This document shows positions 58,564 through 64,000 of a stretch of DNA of 64,000 nt, piece by piece. Source of the DNA: Niastella sp. (GTDB lineage Bacteria > Bacteroidota > Bacteroidia > Chitinophagales > Chitinophagaceae); contig JAGIBF010000006.1 in the NCBI GenBank assembly GCA_017744515.1, forward strand, positions 38,395 to 102,394. Direction: 5' to 3'. How positions within the stretch are numbered: the stretch's first letter is position 1; each line of letters opens with the position of its first letter. The position numbers were made by a program, and so were the translations under genes. The notes beneath the pieces were generated by a model. That model was given only the letters and a program-made list of their open reading frames with translations. It ran no database searches and was not told the DNA's origin.

Positions 58564-61308
58564 ATGGCTTTAGCTACTTACCGGAAGAAGCGCTCGTTCA
58601 ATAAAACGCCGGAACCTACCGGGGGAAAGGCTACGGGCAAAGCTTTGCGTTTTGTGATTCAGAAGCATGATGCCACCCGTTTGCATTATGATTTCAGATT
58701 GGAAATGGAAGGTGTGCTTAAGAGCTGGGCAGTGCCTAAAGGGCCTTCGCTGAACCCGGAAGATAAACGGCTGGCCATGATGGTGGAGGATCATCCTTAT
58801 GATTATCGCACTTTTGAAGGTATTATTCCTGCAGGAAATTATGGCGCTGGTACTGTGATCGTGTGGGATGAGGGAACTTATGAACCGCTTGAACCGAGTG
58901 GAGATAAGAAGCAGGATGAAAAAGCGCTGTTGAAACAACTGAAGTCCGGCTCCCTCAAATTCAGTCTCCATGGGCAAAAATTACAGGGAGAGTTTGCCCT
59001 GGTAAAGCTGAAGAATGCAGAAAACAATGCCTGGCTGCTAATCAAGCACCGGGATAAATATGCAAAATCCACTGATGTAACCCGCAAGGTCCGTTCTGTA
59101 GTATCTGATAAAACGCTGGAAGAAGTAACCAGGACAAGTCATCATATTTATGGTGTGGCTAATGGAACTTCCAGGGCTTCGTCATCTGCAAAAGCAAAAA
59201 AGAAGACTTCGACCAAGAAGGCAGCCGGAAAAAAAACTGCTACTAAAAAGACCGCCCGTAAAACGGCCTTACCCCTGAAGAAAGCAGCTCCCCGCAAGAC
59301 CGCGGTATCAAAAAAAAAATCGCTAGCGGCTCTGCAGAAAGCGCCTAAAGCGCCATTCCCCAACCATATCAGCCCTATGCTGGGCACGCTGGTGAGTGAG
59401 CCTTTCGACCAGCCGGGCTGGTTGTATGAGATCAAATGGGATGGTTATCGAGCACTTGCACTTTCTCATAATGGGAAAGTAGAGTTGTTGTCGCGCAATA
59501 ATAAATCTTTTGATGAGAAGTTTTACCCGGTTTACCAGGCTGTAATGGACTGGAACCTCAATGCTATTATAGACGGCGAGATCTGTGTAGTGAATGATAA
59601 GGGTATTGCACATTTTGGTTCTTTGCAAAACTGGCGCAGTGATGCCGATGGTGAGCTCGTGTATTATGTATTCGATATTCTGTGGCTGGATGGTCATGAT
59701 CTTACTGAGTTGCCGCTGGTTGAACGCCGGGCAATCTTACGTCCGCTGGTACCCACCTCCGGCATTATCCGCTATAGTGAGGCTTTTGAAAGTTCTGCCA
59801 CTGAATTCCTGTCGGTTGCTGCAGAGATGGGCATGGAGGGTATCATGGCCAAGAAGGCTGATAGTATCTATGTGCCCGGTGAGCGTACGCGCGACTGGCT
59901 GAAGCTGAAGGCCAATAAAAGGCATGAGGTAGTTATTGGCGGCTTTACGCAAAATGACGACTCTCCCAAGTTATTCAGCTCTTTACTCGTAGGTGTATAT
60001 GATGGTAAACGACTGAATTACACCGGCAAGATCGGTACCGGTTTCAATGATAAGATGCAACAGGAAATGATGCGGCTTTTCAAGCCTCTTATTACTACCA
60101 GGTGTCCTTTTACCGAGTTGCCGGATGTAAATAAGCCTTCGCGCTTCCGGCCTAATCCCCCTCATGCCAAGGTAACCTGGCTTAAACCAAAGCTCGTAGG
60201 CGAAGTGAGTTATGCAGAGATGACCGACGATGGCGTAATGCGCCATCCCAGTTTTGAAGGGATGCGGGAGGATAAAAAGGCCCGTTCCGTAGTGGCTGAG
60301 ACGGCCGTGGAAGTAAAGGAGGTCACTAAAAGGGCGAAGAAAAATCCTGCTGCCAAATTGCTCAGGAAGGGCGGTAAACAGGAAAGGAAGACGCTGTTAA
60401 ACCCCTCTGAAGCGACGCAGGTAAGGTCTATCAACGGGCATAAGCTCTCTTTCTCCAACCTCAATAAAGTGTTCTGGCCAAGGGAAAAATATACCAAACG
60501 TGACGTGCTGAACTATTACTACCAGGTGGCGCCCTACATCCTTCCTTATCTCGTAGACCGGCCTCAATCGCTGAACAGGTATCCCAATGGCATCAATGGT
60601 AAAAGCTTTTACCAGAAGGATATAACGGGTAAAGCACCTAACTGGATCAAGCAATTTCCTTATACGACCAGTGAGGGAGAAGACAAGAATTTCATGGTAC
60701 CTACCAATGAAGCCGGCCTGTTGTGGATGGCCAACCTAGGAGCTATCGAGATGAATCCCTGGAATAGTACTATTCATAAACCGGACCATCCCGACTGGTG
60801 CTGTCTCGATCTTGACCCTGACAAGGGGAATACTTTCGAGCAGGTGATCAAAACAGCACAGACCGTAAAGCAAGTACTGGATGAGCTGGGCGTTTCCGGG
60901 TACCCGAAGACTTCAGGCTCTACCGGCATTCACGTGTATATTCCGCTGGGGGCGAAGTATACTTATGACGAATGCCAGCTATTTGGCAAGCTCATTGCGA
61001 CCCGTGTGCATGAGCTATTACCATCATTCACAAGCATAGAAAGGCTGACCAAAAACAGGAAGGGAAAGCTGTATATCGACTACCTTCAAAATCGCCCGAA
61101 AGCCACGCTGGCAGCGGCTTACTCGCTACGTCCGAAGCCTGGCGCCACTGTATCTATGCCACTCGATTGGACAGAAGTACAGCAGGGTTTAAAGCTCACC
61201 CACTTCACGTTAAAGAACGCCGTGGTACGTATCACTCAAATGGGTGATATCTTCAAACCGGTATTGGGAAGAGGAGTGAATATAGGGAGAGCTCTTAAGC
61301 AATTGTAA
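58564..61308 (+). CDS. ligD: NHEJ DNA ligase D (phosphoesterase-ligase-primase/polymerase)
   Basis: QKHDATRLHYDFRLE (PE), EIKWDGYR (adenylation Lys), EGIMAK, DLDPD and KTSGSTGIHVY (Pol). Confidence 0.97.
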   Translation: MALATYRKKRSFNKTPEPTGGKATGKALRFVIQKHDATRLHYDFRLEMEGVLKSWAVPKGPSLNPEDKRLAMMVEDHPYDYRTFEGIIPAGNYGAGTVIVWDEGTYEPLEPSGDKKQDEKALLKQLKSGSLKFSLHGQKLQGEFALVKLKNAENNAWLLIKHRDKYAKSTDVTRKVRSVVSDKTLEEVTRTSHHIYGVANGTSRASSSAKAKKKTSTKKAAGKKTATKKTARKTALPLKKAAPRKTAVSKKKSLAALQKAPKAPFPNHISPMLGTLVSEPFDQPGWLYEIKWDGYRALALSHNGKVELLSRNNKSFDEKFYPVYQAVMDWNLNAIIDGEICVVNDKGIAHFGSLQNWRSDADGELVYYVFDILWLDGHDLTELPLVERRAILRPLVPTSGIIRYSEAFESSATEFLSVAAEMGMEGIMAKKADSIYVPGERTRDWLKLKANKRHEVVIGGFTQNDDSPKLFSSLLVGVYDGKRLNYTGKIGTGFNDKMQQEMMRLFKPLITTRCPFTELPDVNKPSRFRPNPPHAKVTWLKPKLVGEVSYAEMTDDGVMRHPSFEGMREDKKARSVVAETAVEVKEVTKRAKKNPAAKLLRKGGKQERKTLLNPSEATQVRSINGHKLSFSNLNKVFWPREKYTKRDVLNYYYQVAPYILPYLVDRPQSLNRYPNGINGKSFYQKDITGKAPNWIKQFPYTTSEGEDKNFMVPTNEAGLLWMANLGAIEMNPWNSTIHKPDHPDWCCLDLDPDKGNTFEQVIKTAQTVKQVLDELGVSGYPKTSGSTGIHVYIPLGAKYTYDECQLFGKLIATRVHELLPSFTSIERLTKNRKGKLYIDYLQNRPKATLAAAYSLRPKPGATVSMPLDWTEVQQGLKLTHFTLKNAVVRITQMGDIFKPVLGRGVNIGRALKQL

Positions 61309-61575
61309 AGAGGCATCGAGGCAACAAGGTCACGACCGTCGTCGGGAGCAATGAGGTAAAAAGCGACTTTCCCTTGGGAAAAAGGCATTTCTCCAATGAA
61401 GTTTATTCACAGAACGTGTATAACTCTCAGAGGGCATTCTTGACTGATATGCTCTAATCTTACTATATTACTTCATTATTTTTGGGAGGAAAGATTAACG
61501 TCCTGTCTAATGCAGGAATAATATCCCTTCCTTCCGGCATTAGACATCATCATCAATCGTAAAAACCAGAACAAA

Positions 61576-61965
61576 ATGGCAACAAAAAAAGCGCCCAAAA
61601 AAGCAGCTAAAAAAGCAGCACCAAAAAAGGCCGCTAAGAAAGCAGCTCCTAAAAAAGCAGCTCCTAAGAAAGCAGTAAAAAAAGCGGCTCCCAAAGCAGC
61701 TAAGAAAAAATCAGCCAGGAAACCTAATGCAGCTTTCATGGCACCTCTCACGCCCAGCGCTACACTCGCTGAAGTGATCGGTAGCAAACCAATCCCAAGA
61801 ACAGAGATCGTTAAAAAGATCTGGGATTACATCAAGAAGAATGGTCTGCAAGACAAAAAGAACAGAAGAAACATCAATGCAGACTCTAAGCTGAAACCAA
61901 TCTTTGGTAAAGACCAGATCACTATGTTTGAACTGGCAAAGGTTGTTAACAAGCATGTAAAATAG
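61576..61965 (+). CDS. SWIB/MDM2-domain protein with an H1-like AKKAAPKK N-terminal tail
   Basis: PRTEIVKKIWDYIKKNGLQD...ITMFELAK; Lys/Ala/Pro repeats. Confidence 0.93.
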   Translation: MATKKAPKKAAKKAAPKKAAKKAAPKKAAPKKAVKKAAPKAAKKKSARKPNAAFMAPLTPSATLAEVIGSKPIPRTEIVKKIWDYIKKNGLQDKKNRRNINADSKLKPIFGKDQITMFELAKVVNKHVK

Positions 61966-62057
61966 TCCTTCAGGTCTTACTAACCCTTTGCCGGGCTACC
62001 TGATAACCCGGCAAAGTTTTTCTCCTCTCCTACTTCCTCTTCCGATAAGCAATATTG

Positions 62058-62529
62058 TTATTTACTGCACTGGTATTCTATCTCCAAAGTATCGTACCGG
62101 TTTCCGAATATCTGGGCATCTTCAGATATCATCTTTACAGGTAGCCCCCAATCGTTATAGGCTGTTATCTCGTTGTTTGGATACAATGGGTTGCCGAAAT
62201 ATAATGGATTGTTCACGCTATAATCCCAATGTATAAGTGACCATACAGGGTTGGTGCGATAAGGATTTACTTTATCATCGTAGGTTGCCCACTCCGTGAT
62301 ACGGTTGCCTGCTGCATCGTAGGCATAATTGGTCGTATGGGCAACTGTTCCATCCAGCGCCAACTGGTTTGTTTTGTATATCCTGCCTTTGTTGTCAAGG
62401 TAATGTATGTATACATTATACTGATAAGCTGTAGCGGCATTGGGCGGAATGACGTCGGTTATCTGGCCTGAATAAATAAAGTAGTGCTGCCACTACGGCA
62501 AGCATCGTCAGGCGTACTGTTGTTTTCAT
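62058..62529 (-). pseudogene. Disrupted exported protein (signal peptide out of frame with a YD-like C-terminal part)
   Basis: ATG 62529 gives MKTTVRLTMLAVVAALL and stops after 37 codons; another frame is open from about 62490 through NYAYDAAGNR...YDDKVNP to 62058. Confidence 0.6.
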
Positions 62530-62716
62530 AACTGATAAAGTTTGTGTTTAATAAAGGTTGATATCTGTAAGGTTCGGGCAATAGCAAGCCTTCTCCTTAC
62601 AGGATTATGAAATGCATAACCGGGATATTGTGTATGGAAGATATTGGGCGGGATGCCGGAATGTGATGGTGCAGATTAACGGGGGCTGATTAAGCGGGTG
62701 CGGTATTGTTGTAAGC

Positions 62717-62763
62717 CCCTTCGACAGGCTCAGGGGGACAGCCAATAGGCTCAGGGGGACAGC
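62717..62763. repeat. REP family 2 copy with a duplicated right half
   Basis: CCCTTCGACAGGCTCAGGGGGACAGC then AGGCTCAGGGGGACAGC. Confidence 0.8.
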
Positions 62764-62921
62764 GTAACTGTACTAAAATTAGGAGTTATTTCAATATCAA
62801 TGGACGTACAAATACGGTTTTTGATTTTCCTTATTTACATCGATGGTATAAATGCCAAACAGGTAATGCCCTATGAAGACATCACCTGTTTAGTATTCAT
62901 GTTTGCACATAAAATTGCCTG

Positions 62922-63359
62922 CTACAATGGTAGCATAGGCATCGGAGTGCGGTCATAATAGCTTGTTACCCGATCGAAGTAATCATGATCATTGGTGTCG
63001 GGCCAATGGTCTTTATCGAATCCGGGGGATTCTTTCAGGTAATCTTTATCACGATTCAATACGAATACTTCTTTGGCATGGTTCAATCTTAATTCTTTGA
63101 AAGGGATGGCAAACAGCTTTCCGCCTAATCCGAGGAAGGAGCCGCTTTGCAATACTGCATATTCCACTTCGCCTGTATGGAGATTGATCATCAGGTCTTC
63201 TATTTTACCCAAATCATCTCCATTAGGATTTTCTATTCTGTCGCCAGTAATAGAACGGGCTGTCAATCGCCTAACGGGATTATTGGCATCCGGGCCTTCA
63301 TGGTTTACTCCCGTTTGGTTGTCGGCTTCGTAGTTCTTATTATATGTTTCCATGATCAT
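62922..63359 (-). CDS. PRC-barrel domain protein
   Basis: LGKIEDLMI...YAVL.SG.FLGLGGKLFAIPF; SPGFDKDHWP. Confidence 0.92.
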   Translation of the reverse strand: MIMETYNKNYEADNQTGVNHEGPDANNPVRRLTARSITGDRIENPNGDDLGKIEDLMINLHTGEVEYAVLQSGSFLGLGGKLFAIPFKELRLNHAKEVFVLNRDKDYLKESPGFDKDHWPDTNDHDYFDRVTSYYDRTPMPMLPL

Positions 63360-63431
63360 CCTCCTTTTTTTTAAGGCTTAAAATCATAGATGGTATAAAT
63401 GCTGTGCCAGGCAGCGTGTATTGCACTCCCC

Positions 63432-64000
63432 TTATTGTACCATTACTTCAGCAACTTTACTTTCTATCAGAGTCTGGTTGAAGCCGTGAAATACGTGGGT
63501 AACCTTACTGTTTTTATCCAATAATATGGAGGAAGGGCAGCCGGAAAGTCCCAGTTGATCAAACAGGGCCTGCCCCTTGAATAGCATATGGTAGTTTGGC
63601 TGGTATTTGTTGTAAAAGAATTTCATGTCGTCTTCTCCGTCTTCGATATTAATGGTTATGAGCTGAAAGCCGTCTTTACCAAACTTTTGCTGCAGGATAT
63701 TATAGTGTGGCATGGCCTGCATGCAGGGTCCGCAGGATTTGAACCAAAAGTCGAGCAAGACCACTTTTCCTGCAAATTGTTGTAATGAGATGCTGTCGAT
63801 CGCTTCAGCTGTATAACGTGGCAGGGTGAAGTTGTGCACCAGGGCGCCTGCTTTTACAATTGGTTTTCTTTCTTTGGCCTTGAATGGGCTGTACCGTGCT
63901 GCATAGGTTGCATATAACCAGGAGTCATCTTTGGGGGCGGCAGGGTTGGCTTCGATAGATCTATACGTAACGGTAATAAAATCGCGGTCGTCGATACCGC
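63432..64000 (-). CDS. TlpA-like thioredoxin/redoxin-domain protein (5' part beyond the window)
   Basis: GKVVLLDFWFKSCGPC, GCPSSILLD; frame open to the window end. Confidence 0.85.
   Translation of the reverse strand, partial: GIDDRDFITVTYRSIEANPAAPKDDSWLYATYAARYSPFKAKERKPIVKAGALVHNFTLPRYTAEAIDSISLQQFAGKVVLLDFWFKSCGPCMQAMPHYNILQQKFGKDGFQLITINIEDGEDDMKFFYNKYQPNYHMLFKGQALFDQLGLSGCPSSILLDKNSKVTHVFHGFNQTLIESKVAEVMVQ

Overview
Chromosomal segment of a Bacteroidota bacterium, probably Chitinophagaceae-like (inferred from a T9SS C-terminal domain, TAnnTTTG promoter boxes and gene content). It holds about 50 CDS. Housekeeping genes include dacB, cinA, a 2-oxoacid dehydrogenase E2, ppsA, trxA and ligD. 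A 17-kb cell-surface and signalling cluster contains an ECF sigma, an anti-sigma, a CHAT protease, a 1866-aa T9SS cargo with 7 repeats of 133 aa, a TPR histidine kinase/LytTR pair, an OMP, an NHL lipoprotein and a CsgG-like protein. There is also a TonB/PepSY uptake operon plus redox and stress genes. The most striking structure is a nested mobile system at 7.8-9.8 kb. A small GIY-YIG nuclease gene is enclosed by inverted REP-like arms, and an intact IS110 element has inserted into the left arm. The IS110 bridge RNA can be read from the sequence: target guides match the REP, donor guides match the IS circle junction, and a Bacteroidota promoter forms only on circularisation. Also present: a second REP family, a 3' tRNA-Gln fragment, a LacI operator, and period-7 and period-11 tandem arrays. 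No CRISPR array, rRNA or intact tRNA was seen. All calls come from reading the sequence; no database searches were run.
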